Shown piece by piece: positions 39,401 to 53,184 of a stretch of DNA of 64,000 nt. Position 1 is the stretch's first letter. The number at the start of each line of letters is the position of its first letter. The DNA comes from Nymphaea colorata. Taxonomy: Eukaryota. Where the stretch lies: contig NC_045138.2 in assembly GCF_008831285.2 (NCBI RefSeq), forward strand, positions 30,690,001 through 30,754,000, written 5' to 3'. The notes below the pieces were generated by a model that worked only from the letters and a program-made list of their open reading frames with translations, was not told the origin of the DNA and searched no databases. Both the position numbers and the translations under genes were made by a program.

Positions 39401-42400
39401 ATAAAATGTGAAAAAAACGCGAAAAAATGGGTATAATACGGGTATTATACGCGTTTTTCCTTTTTTTTGTATTTTTATTAATTTTTATTATTTTCAGGAT
39501 TTATTAAATGTTTTAAATTTTTTAAAAAATTCGCCGAAATTTTTCCGAGATATATAACTTTGCCACATTATACCCGAGAAATTCATTGCCATATAATACC
39601 CGTACACGTTTCTTGTGACAATAGTTCAATCATGCTTCTTTAGGAGGACAATTTTTGTTTCCTTGTGTGCATTGAATTGTGAAGGGTGACATGCACAAAG
39701 CAAGAATGAATAAAAGTGCACACATGCACAAGTATGCACAAGTTCTTGCACACTGGCTTCATGTGTGCTCTTGTTAATAGCAAATATAATTTGAGTAATT
39801 GTTCATTTCGAATTTATAACAGGCAAAGATGCACTTGTTAAAGCTAAAACTGGTACAGGGAAAACTGCAGCATTTTTGGTAATGCACCAATCTTTCATGT
39901 GTTGAATTTTGCTTTTTATGTCATTTTTTTTTTGGATTTTCCAAATTTAATATTTCTTGAAAGGAAGCAGCTTCCTGCAATTGAAGCAGTTCTGAAGGCT
40001 AGTCCTAGCAGTTCGGAGCAGAGACTGCACCCAATACTCGTGCTTGTTCTTTGCCCCACTCGGGAGCTTGCAAGTCAAATTGCAGCAGAGGCAAATGTTA
40101 TGCTAAAATACCATTGTGGAATTGGTGTCCAAACATTAATTGGTGGAACACGCTTTAAGGATGACCAAAAGCGGCTGGAATCAGAGCCTTGTCGGGTCGG
40201 TATATTTTCTTGAACTCATTTTGTGTATTAGTTTATTTGTTGTGCACACTTTACTGATTAATACCTTCTTATTCCCATTGTCTTGCTTTCTGCCAGTGCA
40301 GTCTGACTTCTCACATGCTAACAAGGAAATCAAAATGTCTCTAAGCACATGATATGTGATGAATTATTTCATATGCATACTTAAAAGGACAGGAACCATA
40401 GGGAGGCACAATGTTGTTGTCATTTAAGAATAACACTTGAGGTGAATTCACAGGGGAAAATTGAGTGGCCCCATGATGGTTATGAATATTTCTTCATTTG
40501 CAATTTTTTCTGGGATGGGCCTCTTCCATAGTAAAGTTACTTGTGAGCAGCGCATGATAAATGCATGGTAGAACACAAATATTTGTAGACAAGACCCAAA
40601 CATTTGTAGAAACGAATTCTGACCTTGGTGGTGATCCTGCTTCAGTTAGTACATTGCTGCTAGTTTTCTAAGCCACCAGTGTCCTTATGGCATTGTTTTG
40701 AATCTTTTGATTGTCTTGATGTTTTTGAAGTCAGCCTGTCATGCTAATGGGAAATATCTTTTTTAGGGCTCTGATTAAACATGGTCTAACAATAACCATT
40801 TTAACTAGATAATGGGATGACTTTCATTTAATTAGTGCAGGCTTTTATCCTTGAGGGAGGTCACAGTAAATGTGAATCCTTCTTCATGCATCTGCTGCAC
40901 TTTAGATAATATGAACTTCAGTCTTCCTTCTCAGGAAAAAAAAATGGGCACTAAAACTTGCCTTTCTCACTGGAAGTATATGACTTTGTAGGATTTTAAT
41001 GCTTTTTAACATGTACTTTGCATTCCTGAAGAATGTTTCAATTGCCCACCTGACATTTTCATGAGGTATGAGTTATTCTCTTAAGACACATTGATCAAAC
41101 TGTTGTCTGTTATAATTTAATATTACTATGATACCTGTCTCTGTCTGCTTCATGTTCACTTTGGCTTGGCATGGTAATTTGCTTCATCCTAGAAATTTGT
41201 CCTTTTTATTATTATGTTGTCTCTTCTGCAGATTATTGTTGCAACTCCTGGCAGGTTATTGGATCATATTGAGAACAGATCTGGCTTTTCTGTGCGTTTG
41301 ATGGGTCTCAAAATGCTTGTCCTAGATGAGGCAGACCTTCTACTGAATTTGGGATTTCGTAAAGACATAGAGAAGGTTGTTGATTGTGTTCCACGACAGA
41401 GGCAGTCAATGCTATTTTCTGCTACAATTCCCAAAGAGGTCGGTCTTTTTACTCACAATCTCTTTTGGATATCCAAACATCCTTTATCAGTTTTCACTTG
41501 CCTTGATTTCATATGTTATATTTATGTATAATGTATTTCTTTTATATGAAGGTACGCAGGATTTCTCAACTGGTTTTGAAGAAGGATCATGTTTATATAG
41601 ATACTGTAGGGTTGGGAAGGCAAGAGACACATGCAAAGGTTTGAATATTTTTTCTCTTTTGTGGATTTTCCTTTCTCCCATGTTTCCTAATAGTCTAATA
41701 CCATCTAACTTGCTATGCTTCAGAATTTTCTGAATTTTTTTCTGATGAACAATATCACGATGGTACTTCATTGTTCTTACAAGATATTTAGATTGCTTAT
41801 ATTTCAATATCTCAAGATTTTATTTTAAACTTTAGAGTTTAGAGTTTGGTTTTCCAATTTGTCACTTTGAAATTACAATTTCTTCAAAGACAATTGACAT
41901 TTATGAATATAGTTTTAGTTTCACCCACATCATGCTAATTCTTGTCTCATGTTTGTGTCAATTTACGAGTTCTCATTTTGGTTGGAATAGTTGCTTTAAC
42001 CAAAGTTTTGCTGCTTCTCTTGGCTAGGCTAATGAAATTCCACTCCTCTATGAATGTGTTATATTTTGCCTTTTTCTTCTGTATTTTCTATTCATTGAAA
42101 ATGGCAAGGAACTAGAAACTTATGAATTTTCTTATTGTTGCAGGTTTCACAGTCGTACATAGTTGCTTCTCATGAAGATCACTTTCAGATAGTTCCTTGC
42201 ATATTAATGGATCATATTAAGGAAGAGCCAGACTATAAGGTCAGCTATCATATTTATGTCTATGAGGTCAAAACTAGTAAAAAGTTTTAGTTGGTGGCTT
42301 CTAATTTGTGATGCTGACTCAGGTTATTGTTTTCTGTGGGACGGCAATGGTAACATCACTCATGTATCACCTCCTTCTAGGGTTAAAAATGCATGTTAAG

Positions 42401-45400
42401 GAAATTCATTCCCGAAAACCTCAGCTTTATCGTACTCGTATATCTGATGAATTCCGTGAATCGAAGAGGCTTATTCTTGTAAGTTCAGATGTTTCAGCAC
42501 GTGGAATGAACTATCCTGATGTTACACTGGTTGTACAGGTAACTATTGGAAAAGACGCAGTTGTCATGTTTGGCATAGAGTTGCTTTAGAAATCAAAGTC
42601 ATTATATTGTACTAGTGGTTGCCTCTGTGTGTGGAAGTTGCTTGATAGACTGGACCATCTGGTAAATTTGTTTTTCTCTTTCTTAAAGCTATTTTGTAGC
42701 TGTACATAAATACATCAAAATTTTAACTGTGCATTTCCATTGTTTCTCAGTGTATGTATGCATATATGTTTTATGCTTTTATCTGTATATAGGTGCAGGC
42801 TTGTACTGCTTTACTTCAGATATTTGTTACCAGATATATGAAATGAGAATATCTAGCTGATACTAAAAAGATCTGGTCCATAGTTACAACTTACAAATGT
42901 CGTTCTTGGGCTTTTATTTGTGAGGTTTTATTCATGCACTAGTTGAAAAGTTAGTAAACCTTGGGAACATTCTTAGAAATAAAAAAAAAAACTAAAAATG
43001 TATAAAAAATAGATAAATTTATGAAATTGAAAATTATGAAATTACAATTTTTCTGCTAATTATCTTAACAAAATTATTTATGAAAGTTGAGAATAATTAT
43101 TAAAATGTTAAAAGAAACTCAACAAAGTTTAAAATATGCTAAAGCTATTTTTTAAAAGATAAAACATATGGCAAAAATAGCATGTATTTTTATTCTGGTC
43201 ATATCTTCATAGTATCATGATATGTTTCCATTTTCTTTCACTTGTTCTTGGCATTTTATCTTGATAATTGTTTATATTTGTCTTTATGATCTAGACATAT
43301 CTTATGTATTGAAAATCTCACCTAGGTACCTGCCTTGTGCTGGGCGTCAGCCTAAGCCTTGGCTGAGGACAATGGCCTCTCAAGCTAAATGTATTACATT
43401 TTAAAATTTAACACTAAAAATCTACTTCTTTTTGTTTCTTCAATCATCTTGCATATTGTTCTGGGTGGAGGAATTTTGAAACTCCCGCTTTTCCCTTTTT
43501 TCTATTTTCTTCTTCCTTTGTTCTCTTTTCCCCCATATTTCTGTCAAATAGGACTGACTTAGCCCCAACCCAGCTGCTCCCTAAGCTTTTATTTATGTCT
43601 TCTATCTAGCCCTGCCTAGCATTTTTAAAGATATAGGACATGCATATATACGTCATATACTTATAAACGTATATGAGACATAGGTAAGTAGGAGAGAGAA
43701 ATCATGGAATATGAGAGCACCGAGAAATCTAGTTAAATAAGTTAGGTGGTTTGAAAGTTGCCACCTTAAAAGTATCACTTTTAAAAGAAATGTCCTGTCA
43801 GGCATGTGCATAGGCACAGGTATGTCTAAGAGTGAGCTTGCAGACAAGGGAAGGGGATTGTGGGAGAAATAACTAGCACCGAGTAGAAAACCTCTGATGC
43901 TTGGGCAGAAGAAATGTATTGTTCCTTATCTGGGACTAGTTAGTTCTTTTGGTAAGTTTCGGAAACAAATTTGTAGTTTATTTTGAGGGACATAGAAATT
44001 GGAAATTTGGAAGTACATATAAACACTCATCTTTTGTTCCTTTTCTTTTGGTTATCCTCCCATGAGATATTTGCTTCTTTTGATTGTGTGTCTTTTTTCA
44101 TCTATCTTTTTATGTACTGTTTAGTTGAATTTACCAGTTAAGATCCTCCACAGAAATAGGCCCCTTCTTAGTTCTTACTTGTAGGTAGATGCTTTTGTTG
44201 TGGTCTTATATTTTGATTTATGACCGACATTATTGGCTTATTGTTATTGTCTTTTAGTTCTGTCATTACTGTTACTATGTGCAAGTTTTTAGACATAGCT
44301 CATGGTATTAAACATTTGGTAATTGTTAGCAGGTATCTAACTAGGCATGAGTGCTATTTGGAGTCATCTTGTGTATAGTGGAATAAAAACATTATGCTTA
44401 ATGAGATACTTTCTTCAGGTTGGTATACCATCTGATCGTGAACAATACATTCATCGTCTTGGTCGTACGGGCCGTGAAGGGAAAGATGGTAAGGGTGTGC
44501 TGCTTCTTGCACCATGGGAGGAGTATTTCTTGGACGAAATAAAGGATCTGCCCATTCAAAAGTCCATGGTACCTCAGATAGATCTGGATCTCAGGAACAA
44601 GGTATCTTTTGTTCTAAGTGTTCACATACTGTGCAGATGCATTCCCAAAAAAAAAAAAAAAGGAGAAAAGAAAGCACATAAAACCATGCACCAACATACA
44701 CAATACATATTTGATTCTACACTTCAGAAAAGTAACATGGGTTACTCTTTGTGTGTGTGTGCTTGTGCGGATGCCTGAATGAATGAAATGCCACCAAGGT
44801 CCAGTAGCTTGGGCTACATTGCCTCCTTTGCTTTCACAATTTTGATTGGTGACGCAGTCTTAATGGTTGGCATCTTTATCTTTGTAAATGTGCATGATTG
44901 AGGCTAGTTGACATGGAGACCACTGACTGTCACAGATGCATTTTTGGAAGGGCATGACATGTGATTCTTCTGTCGTTAAAGTTCATGGAAATTTCCTATT
45001 GGTCATTGGCCATTGTCCAGCTACTGCATTATGCTGGGGGAAAATAAGAGTGCATTTGGTCATGTTAGCAGCTTATGAAGATTTGCCATGTCTGGCAGGT
45101 TAAAACTACTTGAATTGGGTTGACTTATTACACTTTGCATTAAGGACATCATATAAATGAATTTTCTTTGCCTGATGGACCGGCTTTGGGTAGGAGGGTG
45201 CTTGTGGTATTGAGACATTTTAAAGGTAATTTGAGGATGTGGATATTTATTTTATTCCAAAGACTGATTATCATATTTAGGTTGGTCAGGTAGTGACCCA
45301 AATCCGAAATATCGACACCCCTGGTTATCATGCTCATATGTGCCCCCCATGAAGTTCTCGGTTCTGATTACTTACCCTTGTCAAGCTTCCCATTTTTATT

Positions 45401-45911
45401 ACCTGTCATTTTTGCATCCTAAATCATTTGGAATTAAGTGGCTTTGACAACCATCAGAAAAGTAGAAGTGCTTGATAGTACACTTAAGTTCATAGTGTTG
45501 AGGTGATACAAATTGCACCTGTAGATTTACTGCTAAGCTTTTGACCACTTGTGGAGGTTTGAAATCTCAGAAAGTTCTTTCTATTCTCATCTTCTAATAA
45601 TTAGACGGCGGCATGTTTTTTTTCTTCATCTTTTGGTGCAACATTATATTATTTTTCTCTAAAGGTTCTATTTTAATTAGGTGGAGCATTCACTGGGAAA
45701 GATCGACACCAGCATCAAGGAAGCTGCATATCATGCGTGGCTTGGATTTTACAATTCCATTAGAGAAATAGGTAGAGACAAAACCACATTGGTCGAGCTT
45801 GCTAACCAGTTCTGTGATTCGATCGGCTTGAGGAGACCTCCGGCCATGTTCAGGAAGACGGCATCAAAAATGGGTTTGAGGAACGTCCCTGGAATACAAA
45901 TCAAGAAATAG
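36496..45911 (+). CDS. DEAD-box ATP-dependent RNA helicase, RH48/RH33-like (about 896 aa, 10 exons)
   Basis: Exons 36496-37778, 38552-38658, 39823-39878, 39971-40195, 41232-41438, 41552-41638, 42144-42239, 42323-42538, 44419-44601, 45681-45911 (2691 nt). Motifs: Q motif (GYTQLTVVQ), AKTGTGKT, PTRELA, GG, TPGRL, DEAD, SAT, SDVSARGMN, YIHRLGRTGR. The N-terminus MGGGPRTFPGGLNKWQWKRMHEKKA is characteristic of the plant RH48/RH33 clade. Confidence 0.92.
39333..39623. mobile_element. Degenerate hAT-like MITE in helicase intron 2
   Basis: TIR-like CATTGTCACA / TGTGACAATA. Flanks CTTTAATC and GTTCAATC match 6/8 (decayed 8-bp TSD). AT-rich interior with TATAATACGG/ATACCCG motifs. Confidence 0.6.
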
Positions 45912-48842
45912 ATTTTGCTTCAGATGCGTCATTGCAATAGAACAGAAAGAAAAAACAAGGCCTAGCCACAAAATAGGTAAACTTGGATGGTTGGAATTTT
46001 TTTTACTTGTAAGGGCAGGCATCGGGGTAAGCCAGCAAAATCACTGGCTCATTGATCAGGCATCAGCGTAAGGAAGTATTTTCTGTGGATGGGAAAAAAA
46101 GGTTCCATGCACCCCATAAATATTCCGATGCTGAATTTCTTGACTGAGCATATCAATGCAACAATGCATGTTGAGGGTTTGGTTGTGGTCCTGCAAGGAG
46201 CTCTGTTCTTAAAGAGATAGGCAGGTAAGTGTTTTTTTTCCCAAAGGGAAAAAATTTGCAAAATCTCTGTTTATCAGCAGTTGTAACTTTTGGAAGGCAT
46301 TAATCTCCTGCTGACAAAGTGGTTGGTTGATGGGCCCCATGCTTCGGAGGAATGGGTGTGAAACACCACGCCCCTAGTTGTTGTTGGACAGTTTGTGGTC
46401 ACACTGTATGCTTTCACTGCTAAATTTTGATCCGGATGGTACCATTCAGGCCCTGCAGTAGCTACATGAGTAGTTGTGCTGTTACTACCAGTTGTGGTGA
46501 GCTTACGTTCACTGTAAACAGGGGAAGCTTCCTGGTGGCATCATTCTGTGCATAGTACGTAGCACTTTGAACGTTTTTGCCCAGGCTGAACCTAATGGCG
46601 TCCCCACAAGTTGCAGCAAAGTTAAAAGAGATGATGGAGTGGCACTGCATAGAAAGGGGGAGTATGGCTGGAAACTGCCTCAGTAGCAAAATGCTGAGCA
46701 GTTTGTAATGAATATATATTACACCTTGAGCTGCTAGAATTGTCTGCTCGAAGTAGATTTGTGTCTTTCCCTCAAGTAGATAATTAATTATTAGTATTAC
46801 CATTTGGTAATTTATTTTCTCTTTCTAACAAGTTTGCAGTTAGTTACGTAGCCTAATTTTCACTATCTTTCAAGAAAGTATGCCTCATTGACAACCAAAC
46901 TCTCAAGGTAGCATCTCATTGTCATGGTTACATTATCTCCGCGGTTGACCTGCTCGCATGTAATTATCAATTGTCTTGATATCTTAGTGCACATGTGCTG
47001 CATAAGATTTGACGTTGTGTTCTAATTAAATGTCGTCTAACTGTCCAGGCCTGTATTTTATTCTGATAGGTGGTGGGGTCAAATGTTCCCTGTGATTCGA
47101 CTGTTGCTGACCGACTGTGTCTGGCGGAAAAAGTCGGCCCGTGACACAGACGGACGATCGTTAAACAGAACATGCATCAACATGCATCCTATATCATAAA
47201 TTTCACTTTCATTTGCTATAAGAGTCCAAACGTAAGTGGTTTTTTGGTAAGAAGAGCAATTGAGGAGTGTTCAATGAAGCTGCCCTAAATATTGGGTTTG
47301 AAGTATTTCATAAACCTGCCCTGTCCTAATGGGAAGTATTTCATAAACCTGCCTAATGTTCGAACCTGTTTCAATATTTAGGACAGTTTTATTGGAAATT
47401 TGTGAGTGTCGTGACTGCCAAATAACCCCTAATGACACGATCTGTTTTTTAATCTACCAGCATGCTTTTTTACCTCATTATCTGCGTCATTTCCTCAATC
47501 GCAAAGATGCCAACATGATCTTTTATAAAAATAAACCGAATTCTAGAGTCTCTAGGTTATATATATTATATCGAAAAATTCCTATAAGCAATTGTCCAAA
47601 TTTTTCTGAGACTACACTAAAATATGGAAGTCTTAGAGAAGAAACTGTGCATAAAATTTTCAGGTTAAATGATTAATTTTGGTTTCATAATCTGGCTTTG
47701 ATGGCTTCGATCGATTTTTTTTAGCTGGCCGAACTGTTTTGATAGCTTTGATACCCCCGAAAAGTTTTCTGAACGGGCAAGAATGGTCTGCAAAAAAGTT
47801 TTACATCCACAAACATCTAAAAACATTTGACATGCATGATGCACCACTCAGTTCAACAATCCGGCGGACCATTAAAAGCTATTTGATTACCCAAAGAAAA
47901 AATGTGTAAACTCAACTTTCGAATGGGTGACAAAAGGACGCTAGTTGAATTTCTTCCGTTTAACCACTTGAATTGCACATAGGACAGGTGGTTTTGAAAG
48001 AAACTCAAAGTCTAAATTTATTTTATCATGAAAATTTGGCCGTCTTTTGTAAATCTTTTTGAATATAATTTAGAAAAAAATCTAGTTTTGACCTTGGGAA
48101 ACGCAGATGACACCTATGGCCTTAGAAATGGATTTTTATTTGGGTTGCTTTCACTTGAAAAAGAAAAGATGCCGTCCACATGAGGGCAGAAATAGACGGC
48201 CACCTGAATGCAAAGCACGGCCTGCATCGATTAATGAAAAACTCCCTCATTTCTCACTCACAGAAGAGAACAACTTTCCTGGGAAAGTATCTTGCCCTTC
48301 TATTCTTCATGAGGAAATAGCACCTTTCCTGCTAAAGTATTGCCCAAAAATTGTCAGTGCAATTAATACCAGCGTTTATGACTCATTTATTAGGGGATAG
48401 AGTGAAAGAACAAGATCATTTTTTTGTCTATTTTTCTCTCTTTTAACCGCATGTTCTAATCAATTTATATTTAATATTAAGTTAAAGATTGTTTCATGCA
48501 TCCCATGCGTGTTTGGTAGCTGATCTTACAGCTAGTTAGAGAAAAAAGGTCTCTAGAAAGTTAGAAACTGATACGTTGCAGATGCACCTCAGTGGGATTC
48601 CTGTTTTCAGCAAGTAGGCTCTACCTTCTAGGAAGTTTCGTTCACTTTTGTCTTTTCCTTTTTCAATTTCAATGCATAATTTGTGATGGATCAATTTACA
48701 TTTGTATTGAAACAAAGGGATGCTGCCTGGATCAAGATTTAGTGACCTCAAACTTGTTCGTTTCACAAAAAGCAATTCAGAGGAATTTGAAATTTGAATT
48801 TCACTTGTTGCATTCCTTCATTTCTAAGCGGCTAATTGTTCC

Positions 48843-49066
48843 AAGGTGCATAGCGTAGCTGATCGAACTAGTGGCACGATGAAAGTCTGATTAATTCGAT
48901 TCTCAAGGGCACTACCCGTTTAAGTTGCAGGATACTCTAATTGATTGGTGTTTCACTCTTCACCCAGGTACCAAAGTAGCTCTAAATCTGAGAGGAGAAG
49001 AGTTTCTGCTTCATTGGGTATCTCCCCTCAATAGAAATAACATCATTAATCTTTATTAAAAAAAAA
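48843..49066 (+). mobile_element. Possible tRNA-derived SINE remnant
   Basis: A-box-like TAGCGTAGCTGA near the start, B-box-like AATTCGATTC about 40 nt later, ending in an A-tract. No TSD identified. Confidence 0.3.
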
Positions 49067-49855
49067 CTCAATAATAAAAATAAGTCAATGAGCATTGAAA
49101 TCCAAGTCTTGCAGAAAATACCACCCATGTCGCCTTGCAATCTGATAGATCAACCACCAATGATGTAATTCAAATTGTTGGGCAACTGAGGTAAATGGCG
49201 ACATGATTTCAATTTGACAGTCCTGAGTTTAGTCAAGTGCTTTGACTAAGTTCATCATTATTCATATTTGTGACGTGATTTCTATCATGAAATACAATGT
49301 GGGGATTTCACATTTCTTTTAAAATGTGATTTGACAATTAAATACTCCCTATTGAAATACAAGTTAGTAAGATATAACGAACCCTACTTCTGTGGGTTGG
49401 ATCTTCATAAGATATCGATCTAACTTTAGAATCTTAATGCATGTATTAGATATCATTGGTGCTCACAAGTAAGCGCTTTGGGATCAAATCTAGCTCCTGA
49501 TCAGTGTCATCTCCAAAATTGTGACATCCACACATCTTTTATGTTGTTTTTTTCATTTTAATTTTCCTTTTAACTGGTCTGCTTCAATTGGAACCAACCG
49601 TGGGAGGGTACGTTGTGAAATTAGATCCATCATCGGAGTCCAAATTCAGATCTAACGCTCCGAGTTCGGATCTGCATCGAATCCGGATCCCCTCTCTCTT
49701 CCGCCCTCTCTCCAGTCTCTACCTGCCACGATGGTAGGTGTCCGCAGACAAAATGGAGTATCACGTTTGATTCGGCACTCTTGTAATTGTCGCCTTCTCC
49801 CTTAAGGCTCGGGATTGCCTATTGAATCTCTCTCTCTCTCTCTCGCTAGGGAAGA

Positions 49856-52800
49856 ATGGCGATTTTGCAGTTGTGGGAGAACCTGAAGGAGGCTATAACA
49901 GTCTACACGGGCCTCTCCCCAGCAGCCTTTTTCACCATCTTGGCCTTGGCCGTCGCCTTTTACCATGTCGTCTCCGGGTTGTTCGCATCGCCAGCACCGC
50001 CGCCGAGGGCAAGGGCGATGGAGGAGGAGCTTCCGCCGCCGGTGCAGCTGGGGGAGGTCACTGCGGAGGAGCTTAGGGCCTACGACGGCTCCGACCCAAA
50101 GAAGCCGTTGCTCATGGCCATCAAGGGTCAGATCTACGATGTCAGCCGATCGAGGTCTACACAGCACTTCTGATCTTCCCTCTTGTTGCTTTTGTTCCTT
50201 CTTCTTTCCGGTTTGGTGGGTTTAGCCTGTCTTGATGGTTCTAAGGCTTAAGGTGTTGACTGCTTCTAAAGTTTATGGAAGATGTTCTATTGTTAGATTA
50301 GAGGATTTGGATTTTGTTTTTTCATCAATTTCATTTCCCCTTAAAATCATCTGAATTTGCGTTGTTGTGGAAGGCGATTTCTTCAGTTCATTTGAGGAAG
50401 TTCATCTTTCCTTTTACTGGAACTGATTCTGGCTTCTGACTGCCCTTTCTGTTTAATTATATTTTTTTTCTGTATAGTTGTTTTGACAGAAAGGACCTTC
50501 TCATGCTTTGTCGCATTGAAGCTCTTCTGGTTAAATTTTCACTAGATTAATCATGATAGTTTCCCGTCTGGCGTGTTCCTGAATTTCCTCTCTGTTGTAT
50601 GCTTATGGGGGCTGGTTTCGTTTTCTACTAATTAATCTGTTTCTGAGGTGCTGATTACATTTATTTGGAAGCCTGCTTACTGGAAGCTGATTTGGTGATG
50701 TTGGTTTTGTGCCTGGTAGATAATCAAAATGACAAATGGAGCCTATGGCTGTTATTAGTAGGTGAATCTGCATTTTCTGGGCATCTCGTATTTTTAGGTA
50801 GGACCTTAGAGGTTTCAGTTACTTTTCTGTCGTGGTTGTTGGTTTTTGGGACGGAAGTTTTAGGCCTTCGGTCTGCTTGATGGTGGAATGTAGGACTTAG
50901 GTTTTCTCTTTTTAAGTCATAAAAGCAGTCCATAAGGGCTCCTTATTCATGGACTATTTAGTTGGGTGCAGGCCTATAAATTAAAGGTCTCTAAGGCTAA
51001 AAACTAGATATGCATCTTTTTAGTGGGCATTTGGTAACAAGAATACTGTTTTCTATGGAACATAAAATTCCATAAGTGTGTCCGTATCTTTCAGAAACAT
51101 TCCTGTGTTTCAAATAGGTGGCGTTTGGCTATCATTGAGAAACATTCCTGTGTTTCAAATAGGAAGCATTTGGTAACAGGAAAAGTAGATTCAGGGAATG
51201 CTAACACAGTGTTCTTGTTACCGAACGCCCTCTTAGTCTTAGTGAGATATCTTTAGTAACAGAAAAAGGAAGGGTACTTGGCAGTTTACACTCATGTTGA
51301 ACTTTACTGATGAGGATGGTCTCTTCATTGGTCATCTGAGTCAGAAACATCCGGAAAGAGAAACTTCTCTCATAACTGGAAAAGATGCTACTTGCATCCG
51401 CAAACAGGGTAAATGGATATAAAATGCTGATTAGAAGCTTTTGTTTTGAGTTAAACGAGTCTTTTATGGGTTTTATGAATCTCCATTGACGTATTGGAAG
51501 TTGTTGTTTGAGTTGAATTTATAATTGATACCTTTTCTGTACGTGATGTTTGGCTAATATCTAGCTTTTTTCAAGTGTATACTTGTAAGGTAGACTATAT
51601 CCAGGCCAATTGTTACCATTGTGCAACTTTTACATGAGATTTGCATTTCCTGTTGATTTGAGTTATGGGTTTGCCCTGATGCTTCTCACAGTATTTTTTT
51701 TAACAAAAGTCACAATTAATCTTCATCATCCAGTTTGCCAGAATGCTGCTTTCGTGTTTCATATGTGATTTTTTATGGCATTTTTCTAGAAAAATAGTTA
51801 CTACTGTAATGTTTTGCTTGATCTTTGCATTCTTCTCTCAGTTTCCGCAAGGTTCTCTAATCAACAACTTTAAAAAAAAAGAAAAAATTCTGTTAGAGTC
51901 GCTGGTTTGTTTTTGTTGTGAGAAGAACCAAAGTTTGGCATTGCCTGTGTTTTTGATGGTGTATACTTTTATCCTGAACTCAGATTCTTGATTCTTCAGA
52001 AACAATATCCCATCTTCATCTGTGGCGTCCTGTGGTCACTTGCCTTGTTGGGTGAATTTTTGCATGATCTAGTTAAGGCTTATAGTTTAACTATGAAAGT
52101 GTTTGAGAATTTCCAATTTAATTTTCTATGCTCAATTTTGTATCATCGTTACTAAAAGGCCTTGTTCCGCTTTATCTCATGTTGTCTGGTAATCTGAATG
52201 CTGCATCAGAGTCTGACAGATGACTTATTGAAGGATAATCTTCTGAACGTAGAGAATGACTGAATCAGGACCTTGACAAAATTTGAGTGACATCTAGAGG
52301 AGGAAGACCCAAATGGATGTTCATTCAGAAGCATCTGGCAATGGCATGCCACTACAAGGGTTATTCTAACCTAGTAACACTGCTGCTACTAGTAAACAAA
52401 TAATGTTGCCACTTATTCTGGGTTGGAAAGCTTTTGGTTGAAAAAGCTGTTCACGTGGAAAGTAGGATTTTGTTTATTATTTTAGAGTGAGTAGAAGTGG
52501 ACGTGCAGGCATGCTTCCTCTGTTCTCATGACTGCTGTCTCAAAGCACCTTCCAAAAGTTGCCTTGTCACTTCTACGTTTTGACACTGCTTACATATTGG
52601 TCATATAAGTAAACCTCTTGGAAAGTTTTACTGTTTGTTAATCTTGATATTGCTTGAATATTAGCCATGTGAATAAGCCGCTATCACATTTACTTGAAGA
52701 AAAACATTATTGTAGCGAGTAATTTTTTGATCTACTTTATGCCTGCAGAATGTTTTATGGCCCAGGAGGGCCTTATGCTCTATTTGCTGGCAAAGATGCA

Positions 52801-53184
52801 AGCCGGGCGCTTGCGAAGATGTCCTTTGAAGAGCAGGATCTGACTGGGGACCTCGAAGGCTTAGGTCCTTTTGAACTCGATGCCTTGCAAGACTGGGAGT
52901 ACAAGTTCATGTCAAAATACGTCAAGGTTGGGACCATCAAGAAGGAAACGAATACTGAACCTGAATCTTCTGCTGCTGATGTTAACGCTGCAACTGATAC
53001 CACTGAGAGGTCTACAGACGCTGAGCCATCAGATGAAATTCCATCAGTTGATGCCAAACCTGAAGAAGATAATGCCAAACCTAGAGATGACGATGCCAAA
53101 CCTCAAGAAGATGATGCGGAACCTAGAGATGCTCATGCCAAACCTAAAGAAGATGCCTCCATTCGTCATGAGGTTCAAGAGTAA
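49856..53184 (+). CDS. Membrane steroid-binding protein (MSBP/MAPR, cytochrome b5-like), 244 aa, 2 exons
   Basis: Exons 49856-50154 and 52749-53184. N-terminal TM helix (TGLSPAAFFTILALAVAFY), b5-like domain (LRAYDGSDPKKPLLMAIKGQIYDVS...FYGPGGPYALFAGKDASRALA...WEYKFMSKYVKVG) and an acidic repetitive tail. Confidence 0.93.
51023..51232. mobile_element. Tourist/PIF-Harbinger MITE in the MSBP intron
   Basis: About 26-bp imperfect TIR GTGGGCATTTGGTAACAAGAATACTG / CAGTGTTCTTGTTACCGAACGCCCTC. TTA on both flanks (51020-51022, 51233-51235). Internal direct repeat GAAACATTCCTGTGTTTCAAATAGG present twice. Confidence 0.85.
53050..53154 (+). repeat. Coding 21-nt minisatellite (5 units) in the MSBP C-terminus
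   Basis: GATGCCAAACCTGAAGAAGAT-like units encoding DAKPEED/NAKPRDD/DAKPQED/DAEPRDA/HAKPKED. Confidence 0.9.

Noticed and set aside
42737..43375. Possible hAT MITE (CCATTGTTTCTCAG ... CTGAGGACAATGG) in helicase intron 8
   Set aside because: TIR imperfect and flanks do not form a TSD.
47300..47353. 21-nt direct repeat GAAGTATTTCATAAACCTGCC present twice
   Set aside because: Only two copies; an ordinary small local duplication, not an array or CRISPR.
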